Source of the DNA: Octopus vulgaris
Taxonomy: Eukaryota
Length of the DNA stretch: 64,000 bases
Reading direction: 5' to 3'
Assembly: GCA_951406725.2 (NCBI GenBank)
Contig: OX597814.1
Location: 196,478,001 to 196,542,000, forward strand
The notes below the pieces were generated by a model. The model was not told where the DNA came from. It worked only from the letters and a program-made list of their open reading frames with translations, and did no database searches. Of this stretch, positions 1 through 12,790 are shown piece by piece. Positions within the stretch are counted from its first letter, which is position 1, and each line of letters opens with the position of its first letter. The translations under genes were made by a program, and so were the position numbers.

Positions 1-301
1 TTTCATTTGGTCAACAGAGAAACAGTAATATTGTGATGGCGGTTGCGGTGGTGGTGGTTGTGGTGGTACTGGTGATGGCGGCCTCAGAATTAGGTGATGA
101 TAAAAATATCGACTGCAATTTTAGTTGCTTTTGTTGTTGTATATATTTATTACTTGAGATTTCACTCTTCAAAGAACTGTAAATAGTTAAAGACGTTGAT
201 TTATCTAAAAGAAAAAGAAAGTAACGACAGACCGCTTTAGTTCTAAGTATACATTATTTATGTGTATTTGTATGCGCAGACACGTAAAGACATGGCGAGA
301 T

Positions 302-352
<51 letters not shown>

Positions 353-353
<1 letters not shown>

Positions 354-1352
354 AGTGGAGGGGAGGTACGACGACGAGCTCGGGGCGAACCTGGACGTCG
401 ACGAGGAGTACCTGACCCGCCTGTTCAGGACGACTTTCGGGCCAGGGCCCATGGACAACTTCCAGAGATCCCTGGCCTGGCAGTGCTACCGAGAAGCGCT
501 ACCCGTTCGGGATAAGCTCTACAGACACGGCTCGAGAAACACGGGGCCGACCTGCCCGAGATGCGGTCAGAGCGACGAAACCGTTCTGCACGCACTCGTT
601 CAGTGTCCAACAATTTCCGACCTGTGGGCTTATGTCGAACAACTGCTGTCACGTGTGGGACGAGTCGGTTTATCAGCTGAGTCTATCGTCAATATTGTCA
701 CGCCTCCTTCCTTCAAACGGGAAGGAAGAGCTATTTTCATCATCCTTGTGGCTATGGCGAAAGAATGTATCTGGTGGACGCGTCTGAAAGGATTGGAGAC
801 AAACACTTTCCTCTCTGGTCAATCTCTCATCAACTTCTTCAAGTACCACTTGAAAAGGAAAGTGAGAGTAGAGAGGCAAGTTTTGTCTAGCGAATGTTTT
901 AAAAAAGATGGGTGAATGTAGCAAGAATGGCACGTATGAATGACGAAGCCACCTTGAGCATAGTCCTATGAACCCAGAAATCGAAAACAGAGAGTTGCTT
1001 ATTTGCCAAAAAAAAAAAAAAAAAAAGAAATATAAAATGTGACTTCATTGACCGAGGTTACCGTGGTCTTTTCCGTAGGCTTTTCTTTCCACGGGTAAAC
1101 CTCACCTGTCCTCCCCTTTACACTTCATATTGACATTTCTGTGATAACGATCCCTATTGATCAATTTTTTTTTTCCTCTCCCCCTTTTTTTTAACCCCCT
1201 TTTTTTTGTCCTCTTTCTCTCCTTTTACGATCCCTTTTGATCGAAACTCCCCCTTCCTTTTTTTTTTTTTTTTTTTTTAAACCTTCAAAAGAAAAGCTCT
1301 ACCTTGTAATTTGTTCTATCTGTGTGCAGCCCTGTGTGGCTAATAAAGAAAA

Positions 1353-1354
<2 letters not shown>
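353..1354 (+). mobile_element. 5'-truncated Tx1/L1-type non-LTR retrotransposon (ORF2 C-terminus with CCHC zinc finger, 3'UTR, AATAAA tail)
   Basis: ORF 355-915 has LDNFQRSLAWQCYREALP...CPRCGQSDETVLHALVQC (zf-RVT-like CCHC); frameshift near 900; pyrimidine-rich 3'UTR; AATAAA at 1342-1347; (TATC)n on both sides. Confidence 0.85.
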
Positions 1355-1670
<316 letters not shown>

Positions 1671-1687
1671 TGTCTACCTGTCTGTCT

Positions 1688-1747
1688 GTCTGTACACTTC
1701 TTTCTCTATATATATGGATAGTGGATACATTCATGCGTATACGTATC

Positions 1748-1802
<55 letters not shown>

Positions 1803-1947
1803 GCGTGTGTATTTTTCTTAAACAAGAATGTTGTTGACAGCTACTTCGATGTTTCGGCTAGCTAAGCCATTTCCGGACGATGGTTTAGTTGGTCGGAACT
1901 TCGAAGACACTGTCAACAATATTCTTGTTTAAGAAAAATACACACGC

Positions 1948-1998
<51 letters not shown>

Positions 1999-2058
1999 GA
2001 TACGTATACGCATGAATGTATCCACTATCCATATATATAGAGAAAGAAGTGTACAGAC
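1688..2058. repeat. ~370-bp near-perfect palindrome (fold-back), probably Penelope pLTR-derived
   Basis: gtctgtacacttctttctc...ttgacag is the reverse complement of ctgtcaac...gaagtgtacagac; degenerate hammerhead-like core at the apex. Confidence 0.85.
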
Positions 2059-2129
2059 TTCTAAAAAGTTATAGAGCAAACCACCAGGTTAATGTAAAAT
2101 TGATTTTATTATAACTGAACATAAAAACT

Positions 2130-2176
<47 letters not shown>

Positions 2177-2178
<2 letters not shown>

Positions 2179-2557
2179 TTTTATTCTTTTACTTGTTTCA
2201 GTCATGTGACTGTGGACATGCTGGAAGTCCACATTTAGTCGAAAAAAAATGGCTCCAGGACTTATTATTTGTAAGCTCAGTACTTATTATATCGCTCTCT
2301 TTTGTCGAACTGCTAAGTTACGGGGACGTAAACACACCAGCATCGGTTGTCAAACGATGGTGGATGAACAAACACAGATACACACGCATATATGCATATA
2401 TACGACGGGCTTCTTTCAGTTTCCAAATCCACTCACAAGGCTTTGGTCGGCTCGAGGCTATGGTAGAAGACATTGGCCCAAGGTGCCATGCTGTGGGACT
2501 GAACCCGGAACCATGTGGTTGGTAAGCAAGCTTCTTATGACACAGTCCCGCTGCGCT
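2177..2557 (-). mobile_element. SINE family A (tRNA-derived head, CORE-like domain, internal microsatellite)
   Basis: Matches the full copies at 21773 and 54234. Confidence 0.9.
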
Positions 2558-2750
2558 TAAACTATGAAGGTGTTTATTCACAATTTATAACCGAAAGGCA
2601 ACAAGTATTGTCGTCACTATAGTGACGGAGAGTGCTAGTAAGGACCAGCATTGCTACAAATATCAGTCAAAACAATTCTTAGCCACGTGAGAGCACCTTT
2701 CTAACAACTGACAAGGGAGACAAGCTCCCCACCTACATCAAGTGAAATGA

Positions 2751-2798
2751 AGTCATATCAGCGCTGATTTCAGATTTGATTAATCTTCATCAGCGACT
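2751..2798 (-). ncRNA. Minimal type-I hammerhead ribozyme motif
   Basis: Minus strand AGTCG-CTGATGA-AGATT aatca AATCT-GAA-ATCAGCGCTGAT-A-TGACT: intact core, 5-bp stems I and II, 12-nt palindromic stem III. Confidence 0.8.
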
Positions 2799-2929
2799 CA
2801 TTATTCCGTCGCCGAGGGTTAAAGAACCTATCTTACCCTGGCAACCTTATAGAAAACAAAATGGGAAACAGTAACTTACTCCGAAAATGTTGAAGTGATA
2901 ATCTAGACTCATAGGGCCGATTTCGCGGA

Positions 2930-3050
2930 TTCTAGAGCCAGTCAGTCGTGTTTTACTCAAGAACACAATGCATCGCCCGATCCAGGAATGAACATCGCAA
3001 TGCTGCAATCGGAAGTCCAATGCCCTAACCACAAAGCCTTGCACCTCCAC
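2930..3050 (-). mobile_element. Degenerate tRNA-derived SINE head (family D-like)
   Basis: Minus strand GTGGTTAGGGCATTGGAC...TTCATTCCTGGATCGGGC...TTCTTGAGTAAAACAC. Confidence 0.6.
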
Positions 3051-3229
3051 ATTCTCTGGACCGTGTTGAACTTATTGATAATATGTGCGTTTCAGATTAT
3101 GTTGTTGCTCACAGTTACATATAAGATTTTGATACTATTTGACGCTACGAGGTGCTAATCACGTGGGAACAGATTATAGCTCATTAAGTACGTATGCTCA
3201 CTTTTCGAATTGAAATATACTCAAAGCTT

Positions 3230-3670
3230 ACATCGGTTAGCAGCATATTGTTTCTTTTCTAATTATCAAAGCGTATACACCATATTGGAGATATTTTCGG
3301 TCCCACACTCCCTTAACAGACCTCAGAATAATTTGCAATGGTCTTTAATTTAATTTCCTTGGTGATATTTTTGCATTCTTTATGTGAATAATAAACGGAA
3401 GTGATCCTAACATAGTACCCTGCGGGATATCACTAATTACCCGTTTTTCCGTATTAAGGAAATCCATCAATCAGAGCACGTTGGGCTGTGTTTGTCAGGA
3501 GACATTAAAGGTCTTCAGTAGCTTACCACGGGTTCCAAAGTTGGATAATTTCTCCCTCAGAATGCTGGCATCGACTGTGTGAATAACTTTACTGATGTCA
3601 AAATAAATGGCATCGGCTTTGCGGCCCTCTCTCGGAGCATTTAGAATTTATTTGAAGTGATGGAAGAAAT
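3230..3670 (-). pseudogene. CR1-type reverse transcriptase remnant
   Basis: Minus-strand translation gives DAIYFDISKVIHTVD and SDIPQGTMLGSLPFIIHI (degenerate DFxKAFDxV and SGVPQGxVLGPLLF motifs). Confidence 0.65.
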
Positions 3671-3831
3671 GTATTCGGGAAAAGAACCAGTCTTCCAGGT
3701 TAGGTGGAAGGAACAACGGGTGATGAAACGAAGAAAATAGAGAGAATTCACAGCAAAATGAGGCCAAAGACAGAGATCAACTACAAGTGGTAGGATGGTT
3801 AAAGCTCATATCAAAAATCCATATATTTTGT

Positions 3832-5142
3832 GGTATCAAAAAGTTCTTGGACTAGTTCTGTAACGCACCAACAGATGGCATCCACCGATCTGTGCGCAAT
3901 GAGAGCGTGCTAACAATGAGCTTCATGAGGCGGCAGTGTGCCGTGTCACATCACTGTGTTTATTTCGCAAGTTATAAAATTTGTGTTTTTGTGATCATGT
4001 GTATAGTGTAGATTTATTTTTGTCATGGACAGGAAGCTGGACCTAAGAGCCAACGTGAAATTTTGCGTTAAACTTGGGACGACTGCTACAGAGACATTGA
4101 ACATGCTTCGGCAAGTTTACGGTGACAAGACAATGAATAATACGCAATATAGGGGTATGAGAGGCTGTGTGGTAAGTAGCTTCCTTACCAACCACATGGT
4201 TCCGGGTTCAGTCCCACTGCGTGGCACCTTGGGCAAGTGTTATCTACTATAGCCTCGAGCCGACCAAAGCCTTGTGAGTGAATTTGTTAGACGGAAACTG
4301 AAAGAAGCCCGTTGTAATAAGTAGATATATATGATTGTGTGTTATACGTTTGTGTGCCTGTGTTTGTTCCCCAAACATCGCTTGACAACCGACGCTGATG
4401 TGTTTACGTCCCCGTAACTTAGTGGTGGTTCAGCATAAGAGACCGATAGAATAAGTACTAGGCTTACAAAGAATAAGTCTTGAGATCGATTTGCTCGACT
4501 AAAGGCGTTGCTCCAGCATGGACACACTCAAATGACTGAAACAAGTAAAAGAGAGTAAATATTTCGAGTGGCACGTGCGCGTCAAAGGTGGAAGAACGTC
4601 AGTGAAGATGATGAACAATCGGGAAGACCTACCACGAGCTTCACCCCCGGAAATGTGGATAAAATTCACCCGCTTGTGCATGAGGATCGTCGGATGACAA
4701 TGAATGACATTGCTCATGTTGTTGGTTTGTCGTATGGGTCCGTGCAGGCAATCCACGAAGTGGATTCTTCACGACTACAATGTATATTGTCACCGAGCAC
4801 TCCTCTCTTGTGAGTTTCTCGTCACAAAAACAACATGATATCGCTTCCTCATCCGCCCTATTTTCCAGATTTAGCCCTTGCAGTTTTATATCTCTTCCCC
4901 AAGATAAAAATTCAGCTCAAAGGTCGCTGTTTTAATACCGTTGTCGAGATGCAGAACTAATCGCCGAAGGTGCTTGGCTTACTTACGGAAAATGACTTCC
5001 AGGTCGGATTCCAAAATCGGCAGGAACGCTGGGATGGGTGTGTTACGATGCAAGGTCATTATTTCGAAGGAGATTGTGTTAAAACTTAGGTAAATTAATT
5101 ATTTCTTATTAAACATAACCAATCCGGGAGCGTTTTGATTCC
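3832..5142 (+). mobile_element. Internally deleted mariner transposon, interrupted by a SINE
   Basis: HTH MDRKLDLRANVKFCVKLG...DDEQSGRP...EDRRMT; HPPYFPDLA motif near 4850; degenerate TIRs ggtatcaaaaagttcttggact / aatccgggagcgttttgattcc. Confidence 0.85.
4151..4557 (+). mobile_element. SINE family A inserted in mariner
   Basis: Full head to tail; AATAT duplicated at 4146-4150 and 4558-4562; removing it restores transposase TQYFEW. Confidence 0.9.
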
Positions 5143-7143
5143 AGATTTTATGAAAAGAAAATACAAGGAAAATGAAAATATAAATTTCTTATCTTAAGGA
5201 TTGCCTGATGTGAGGATTCCAGGATTGCAAGAAGAAGGCGCTAGCACTACATTATTTAATGAGTTCTAATCTAATTGTTCTATTCTGACAGACAGAAGAA
5301 CTGAGATTTGTATATTTTTTCGCCTACAAATTATGGACGGTGCCTACACCTTTCTCAGACTCACTTTAATTAATTGACTAGACTGATGTTTAGGTGGCAC
5401 AAGGAAGGTCGGTCAACTGCAGGATTATGTTGTAGGATTAACGATGAGAAAGGATTAGTTAAAGTGTTTAGTGTGGAACCTAGTGAACTAGAAAACATTA
5501 AGTGACACGAGAAATGGCGGCATGTGTACCGGTAGAGGTGTTATATACTTCGAGGCTTTGAGGAGTAACGGCCATTTTGGAAACAATATAAGAATTAGAT
5601 TGAGGAAACACAGATGATATGCGATAGGCTTTGGAATTGCTTGGCAAGTGGTTACGAATTAAGAAGGTAGATGGCATTTTTTCTGGCGGGCTTGTATTTT
5701 TTTTTTTTTGCTGCTGTGCATTAGCAATACTGTACCAAATGTGGAAAATATTCCAGTGTTAGTGTAAACTTAAAATTTGAGTTGTTCGGGGAGTGTAGGA
5801 CGTTTTTGACTCGGAAGAAGTGGATCTTTTGGACTGCAACGAATCATATCAGAGATGCTCTCTTCTCTTGTGAAAAAAACCTTTAGTGAAGACGTGAAGA
5901 AGATTTGTTACAATGCTGAGTTAGTGAAATAGGAGATAGTTTCTTTCATATGTGAATGATTGTATCTTTGCGTTATTGAAAGATATAAAGGTTGCCATTT
6001 TCACATTGCGATGTTTCCTTAATATGCAAAATTATTACGTGTATACGTCATTGAAAGAAACATTCTAGCGATTTTCTCATTGTAGATAGTTTTGTGATAG
6101 ACTTAGTTGTTATTTCAAGTATTAGCACGAATCCTTAAAGAGTTTCCTGTTGATTCGTAACTTTCATATACAGGCTTCAAATCTGCTAATAAAACAGTAT
6201 ATTCTTTGACATGAGATTTTGCAGACAAGGAAACTGAATCATCTTTTATCTCATGATTGGAAAGATGACAGACTTGGGAAAAATCTAGGGAATCGGGTCT
6301 GTATTAGTATGCTAAAAACTAAGGGAGTCACATTGCAAATGACTCCTTTATTTTTGTGGCGATTTTAAACAAGTCTCTGATTTTTAAACGGTTAGACCAA
6401 AAGTTAAAACCGTTTGATAAAACAACTCTTCAAACTAACATTTCATTTTCACAAGAATTGTTTTTTATTTTATTTTACTTTATTTTTCATTAATAAATAT
6501 TTCAGGTTCCAGATCAATATTGAATATTTGGTCAAATTTAGGCATTTATATAATGCTATGAGTTGAAATTTCCCCTTCCTTCTAACCATCATCGCTCCAG
6601 TTATGGATATACGATCGGAGTTGATCGGAAAAAAATGGAAACCGTAATTGAAGGTGACATCTAAACTTACAGCAAACTATTTCATATGATTTCATAAAGA
6701 AAATTATAACACTTTGCACAAAAATTTTATAATTCTTTTTTCTTCTTCTTCCAGGTAATTAGAGAACCGATATAGAGTATGTATTTAAATTGATTAATCA
6801 AAATTACTTAATCGATATATCTGAGTTAATTTGAAGTTGCTAGAATTAATAGTCATCAACTTTGATTTTCTGAAGCGCGAAAATTAGTCATTAATTTACT
6901 GTTCTTTTAATCAACACATATCGCGTTTCGCCGGTGTTTCTATATTTTAATCAAATTTAGCGTCGAAATCCTGCAATACAGCAATCAAGAAAAAAAGCTA
7001 TTTCCATACATTTTATCCTGATGTTATCTTAGTCAGCACGATTCCTTGATTAACGGAGTAACGAAGTAAATTAAAGATGGAAGCAAACTATAGATATGTA
7101 TCGGCTTTCCGAAAAATTCATATTTTACCGAGAAATAAGCAAC

Positions 7144-7545
7144 GTATACATGCATACAAACATACATACATACATACATACATACATACATACATACATA
7201 CATACATACATACATACGTACATACATACATACATACATACATACACACATACATACATAAATATATACATACATACATGCATGCAAACATACATACATA
7301 TGTAAGCCTTCATATATATATTATATATGTATATATATATATGTGTGTGTGTATATACATGTATATGTATATATATATACATAAATATATATATACATAA
7401 AAATGTATACATATATATATATATACACATAAATATATATGTAAATTCATACGTATATCTATACATATATATGTACACTATAAATATATACATACATATA
7501 TGTATGTATACACTCACACTCACGCATATACACACACATATATAA
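7144..7545. repeat. Compound (CATA)n/(TA)n/(CA)n microsatellite
   Basis: Direct reading. Confidence 0.95.
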
Positions 7546-8510
7546 AACTCGCGCATGTATAAGTAAATGAATAAACAAATGAATAGATAATTAATGGTTA
7601 GTTAATTAACGGAATTATTTCCAAGAAGCATGATTTAATGAATAAGATGAAGAAAGAAAAGAAAGAAGGAATATAAAATAATGCTTTTCAAAGAGTTGAA
7701 ACCAGAACGCCTTATAACATACTGAGAATTAATTACTCATTCTCCTGTTTACAGTGAAATCTGGAGTCACATGTCCCGTATGGAAATTACAATTTGCGAA
7801 CGGCGTATATTTAGAATATTTACGTGAAAGCTGATAAAACAAATGATATATCCAAGCTGTAAACACTATGGTAATCCCACTGGCGTAAGTTTTATGTGGT
7901 TCTTTTGTTTAAGGATTGTTGCGAAATATGTGTGGAGTTTCTCGTATATAAAGATGTATGAATGCATGAATATATATGTTTTGTCTGTATTTATCTATGT
8001 ATGTCATTATTCAGTTTTATTTTAAGATCTATTGTATGCGTGCTTGCATGGATATCTATTTGTATGTATGACTGTATGTATGTATGTATGTCATTATTCG
8101 ATTTTATTTTAAGGTCTATTGTATGCGTGTATGTATGTATGTATGTATGTATGTATGTATGTATGTATGTATGTATTATTTCAAGATTTCTTGCCAATAG
8201 AGAAAACCGGTTTCTAACCTAGATCCAAGGCTCCGCTATTGGAATTCCAGCATTTACAGAGTATTCTTGTTTATATGTATGCATATATGTCTATATGTAT
8301 GTATATATGTATGCATGGATGTATATATGTATTCATGTATGTATGCACGTATGTATGTATGTATGTATGTATGTATGTATGTATGTATGTATGTATGTAT
8401 GTATGTATGTATGCGTGTATGTATGGAGACAGATGGATAGACAAAGACGGCTATACTTGTATATATGCAGATTCTTATCTATGTATATGGCCATGCGTGT
8501 ATATAGAACA

Positions 8511-8544
<34 letters not shown>

Positions 8545-8699
8545 ATATATGCAAATATATGTATAATATACAGATGTGTGGCTTGTTTATATGTATGCAT
8601 ATATGTCTATATGTATGTATATATGTATGCATGGGCAAGTGTATATATGTATTCATGTATGTGATGCACGTATGTCGTATGTATGTATATGTATGTATG

Positions 8700-8888
8700 T
8701 CTGTGTATGTATGTCCCTTGACATTTGATGCTGGTGTGTTTACGTCCCCCCCATAACTTAGCAAAAGAGATAGATAGACTAAGTCCTAGGTCTAGAAAGA
8801 ATACGCCCTGGGGTCGATTTGTTCGACTAAAGGCTGTGCTCCAGCATGGCCGCAGTGAAAAGACTGCAACAAATAAAAGAATAAAAGG
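8700..8888 (+). mobile_element. SINE family A 3' half
   Basis: Tail GCTCCAGCATGGCCGCAG...AAATAAAAGA. Confidence 0.85.
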
Positions 8889-8890
8889 AC

Positions 8891-8936
<46 letters not shown>

Positions 8937-8937
<1 letters not shown>

Positions 8938-9339
8938 CTTTATATATAAAAGTGAAGTTGTGTGAGTGTCTGTCTCCTACGATTTAGATTCCTAACTTCT
9001 CCCATATTTTGCGGTGCAGTTTAACCAAAACCAGGTATCTTATAGTCGTGATTCATATCAAGCCCTTCTGGGTATTAGCGCGCGTCTACGATGAGTTTAC
9101 GATTTTAAAAATAATTTAACATCGTTTTTTTTCCATTTTAATGCATTTTTTCGCTATTATATAAGGGAAGTAACTCTCTAAATATGTATACGATGAGTCA
9201 ACAATTTTTAAAAAAAATTACCATAATTTTTTTTCCATTTTTAATGCATTTTTTTTGCTATTTTCTGGCTATAACTCTCTAAAAATGCTTATATAGTTAT
9301 TTCCCTTACAAACCCGAGCAACGCCGGGCGATACTGCTA

Positions 9340-9340
<1 letters not shown>
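8937..9340 (+). mobile_element. Non-autonomous Helitron
   Basis: 5' TC, 3' CTAG, inserted between A and T, no TSD, subterminal GC hairpin CCCGAGCAACGCCGGG; second copy at 36289. Confidence 0.85.
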
Positions 9341-9405
<65 letters not shown>

Positions 9406-9406
9406 T

Positions 9407-10679
9407 CAGCGTGCGTAAGATATTTGAGGAGAGATTTATGTTTATGAAAAAATAAAACAGATATATAATAACAGATAATAACTTCAATCATCAAAAATGC
9501 CAGGAGAATAAAAATAAACCTTTCTTTCTATAATGTTATTCAATAAATCCCCCTTCAGCTTCAACAAATGCTTCTATCTGAGATCTAAATCATCTACATG
9601 CTCGAATCAAGTGGTCCTGGTTCATTTCAGATATTACTCTGACCATAGCAGCTTTCAAAGAATCTCTGCTGTTATGGGCATGTTCACTGACCTCTCTCTC
9701 AACAACTTTCCACATGAAATAGTCCAATGGATTGAGATCTGCGGAATTAGGCGGCCAAATGTTAGGGGTTATGTGATTATGAAAATTTTTAGTCATCCAT
9801 TCCTGTTTTACTAAGCCATGTGTGATAGTGCAGAGTTATACTGAAACACATATGGCTTTCCATTGCATACACTGTTTATCCAAGGCTTAACAATTATTTC
9901 CAGGACCTCAATGTAAGCGGCAGAGTTAACTCTAGGGCCTTGTGGAAACAGGTAAGTAGACATCACTTGTCCTTCATTGCTGATAACCCCTAAAACCATG
10001 ACAGTTGCAGAAAATTGTGTATGCATAACATTTAGAGCTTCAGAAGGGTCTGCACATAACCATCTGTCATTTCTTCTGTTAACTTTTTGCTCTTGGTCGA
10101 AGTTTTTCTCATTTGAGAAAAACCAAATCAAATCTTATTCTGCTGGATTTGTCAGTTTGTTTAATAGCCTTTTAGATCTGAACTAGTGATATCCTTTTGA
10201 GTTTTCTGACAAATTGACCTTTCCTCATCATATAAGATTTATATCCGATGTCTTCGTGGACAACATTTCTGACTGCTCCATCTGACACATAGAGATCTTT
10301 TTCAATTGACCTCATGGACTGTCTGGGATTGTAATCAATGGTCTGTTGAACTTGCTGGATAAATTCAAATGTTCTGATGATTTCAGAGCGTTTAGAAAGC
10401 TTTTTTTATATTTTGATACTGGAGATATGTTTCCATCTCCAGTCTCTAGCGCCTTACAAACCTTGTAGACAAAACATGTGGCAACTTTTAAAAATCGAGA
10501 TATTTCTAAATCACTATGCTCAGCCCTTTTAGCCCACATTACAGCTTGCCTCTTCATTTCTTGAGTAAGCTGACGGTCTGCCATTATTATTATATTCTGA
10601 AGGAAAGATTATACAGTGTGAGCAAAAAAAGAAGCAATGAACCAAAAAATGAATGTCCTCAAATACCTTACGCACCCTG
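9407..10679 (-). mobile_element. Full-length degraded Tc1/mariner transposon, DD37D (maT) type
   Basis: TIRs CAG(G/C)GTGCGTAAG(G/A)TATTTGAGGA; motifs WFFSNEKNF, VMVLGVIS, VFQYNSA (degenerate FQQDSA), WPPNSADLNPLDY; several frameshifts. Confidence 0.88.
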
Positions 10680-10692
10680 TATATACATATAT

Positions 10693-10761
<69 letters not shown>

Positions 10762-10906
10762 CACACACACACACTGTATAATCATATATCATAATAATAT
10801 TTTATTCGCTGATTGGAAACAATAATTAAATTTGAATGTACCATATTAGCTTTCTCTCTGTGACTTACAAAGCGTTTCGCGTTTATTTACATATATCATA
10901 TGTTAT

Positions 10907-11140
10907 ACAGGAGTTGGATAAAATAATGGAAACACCTAGCATCATAGCATCATAATTTTGGAATATCTATAAAATCATCAAAAGCTTGTTTATTTTTATG
11001 ATTTTTGATTTATTATTAGTGTTGCTTAACATATTTTGCTAAAATTGCTGTTTCTTTTCAGATACCACCAGAAAGAGGTACTTTTATTCATTAAAATGAC
11101 AGATCTATTGCACTTTCAAAGAGGTCAAATTGTTGGTGCT
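10907..11140 (+). mobile_element. Tc1-like transposon 5' fragment
   Basis: TA|CAGGAGTTGGATAAAATAATGGAAACACC end; MTDLLHFQRGQIVGA N-terminus. Confidence 0.65.
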
Positions 11141-11206
11141 CTGATTACTGTGCCACATGCCTTCATTAAATCCACAGAGTAAAGCAAACAAGAACGGCGA
11201 CTATTC

Positions 11207-11621
11207 CTTATTTCTTTATTGACCACAAGGGGCTACACACAGAGGGGACAAACAAGGACAGACAAACAGATTAAGTCGATTATATCGACCCCAGTGCGTA
11301 ACTGGTACTTATTTAATCGACCCAGGAAGGATGAAAGGCAAAGTCGACCTCGGCAGAATTTGAACTCAGAACGTAACGGCAGACAAAATACCTATTTCTT
11401 TACTACCCACAAGAAGCTAAACACAGAGAGGACAAATAAGGACAGACAAGCGGATTAAGTCGATTACATCGACCCCAGCGCGTAACTGGTGCTTAATTTA
11501 TCGATCCCGAACGAATGAAAGGCAAAGTCGACCTCGACAGAATTTGAACTCAGAACATAACGGCAGACCATTTCGGCTAAGCGTTTCGCCCGACGTGCTA
11601 ACGTTTCTACCAGCTCGCCGC
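11207..11621 (-). mobile_element. SINE family B dimer (tRNA-derived head, Meta-like central domain, Tx1-like tail)
   Basis: Two units joined tail-to-GGTATTT at 11392/11393. Confidence 0.88.
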
Positions 11622-11699
11622 ATTCGGCAGTTTCTAAAGACGAGTACACCGAGCCATAGACGAATGCAGACATCTGTACAACACAACAAATGCATCGGA

Positions 11700-12100
11700 G
11701 ACTACACACAATATGACTACACAAATTACTCATAAATTTTATTGTACGAATCAAACGTATAAAAAATATCAAGCAGACGAATACACAATGAAGCACCTCA
11801 TAAAGCGGGACGCAAAATGCATCATATCCGACCACATACTTTAGTTCATAATATGCCAATGGGACACCAAAAAACAGAACCACAGCTTCTCATCAATAAC
11901 TCACCACATTCATTTAACCTCGAGAGGAAGCTACTAATGACTAATGTAATCTACAAATTTGATTGTAAAATCGATAATTGTAAACTTCAGCAGTCCAGGT
12001 GTTACACTGGTCGTACTAGTAAAACATTGACCTCTAGATTCACCGTTCATTTACAACAAGGATCAATTGCAAAACGTTATACCAGACAGAGAAAAGTAAA
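11700..12100 (+). pseudogene. Penelope-like element GIY-YIG endonuclease remnant
   Basis: NVIYKFDCKIDNC...YTGRTSKTLTSRFTVH. Confidence 0.7.
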
Positions 12101-12147
12101 GGGTTACATAGAAACATTACCAGGTGATTTTATACGTTATTCGCCAC

Positions 12148-12347
12148 GATAGATCGTTAGCCACTACACACATTATTTTTCTCTCCTTGTTTCCCTCCTT
12201 GTTTCTTTCTGTGTCCCTTTCTGTAGAAGAGCGTAGGCTCGAAACGTAACAGACTTTTTCTATTGCTGAGCGTTAAACTAATACATCTGTTTGTTTTGTA
12301 CACCACCTGTCTTCGTCTTTTGTTTTTTTTTCATAAACTCTCCCTAT
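12148..12347 (+). mobile_element. ~200-bp dispersed repeat with hammerhead-like core (pLTR-like); copies at 17945-18142 (+) and 31350-31530 (-)
   Basis: CTGTAGA-A-GAGC-GTAG-GCTC-GAAACGT; three recognisable copies. Confidence 0.7.
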
Positions 12348-12563
12348 ATTTTACTTCTTTAGCTTGGGTATTTTTAGACTTGGGAAAGCTCGTATCTCTC
12401 CAGGTCTAACATGAGAGAAAAGACAATAAGAATGAAACAAAAAACGGAAAAACTTGACACTAACTTACAATCAAGTACATGATTTGTACTTTATTGCTTT
12501 GAAAATATAAGGAAAGTTGATATCGGCAGGTTTTGAATTGGGGAAGCTGAGAGCCGGAACAAC

Positions 12564-12790
12564 TTTTTACTCTTTTGTTTCAGTCACTTGACTGTGGCCA
12601 TGCTGGGGTCCCGCCTTTTGTCGAACAAATCGATCCAAGGACTTATTCTTTGTAAACCTAGTAGGTATTCTATCGCACCCTTTTGTCGAAAGGCTAAGTT
12701 ACGGGGACGTAAGCACACTAACATCGGTGGTCAAGCGACGGTGGGGAACAAACACAGGCACATAGATACCTACACACACACACACACACA
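12564..12790 (-). mobile_element. SINE family A 3' half
   Basis: Similarity to the family tail. Confidence 0.8.

Noticed and set aside
7755-7884. Exon-like segment (tctcctgtttacag ... gc|gtaagt); similar acceptors near 6505 and 6754
   Set aside because: Stops in all three frames and no recognisable protein; it could be a UTR or lncRNA exon but cannot be supported without RNA data
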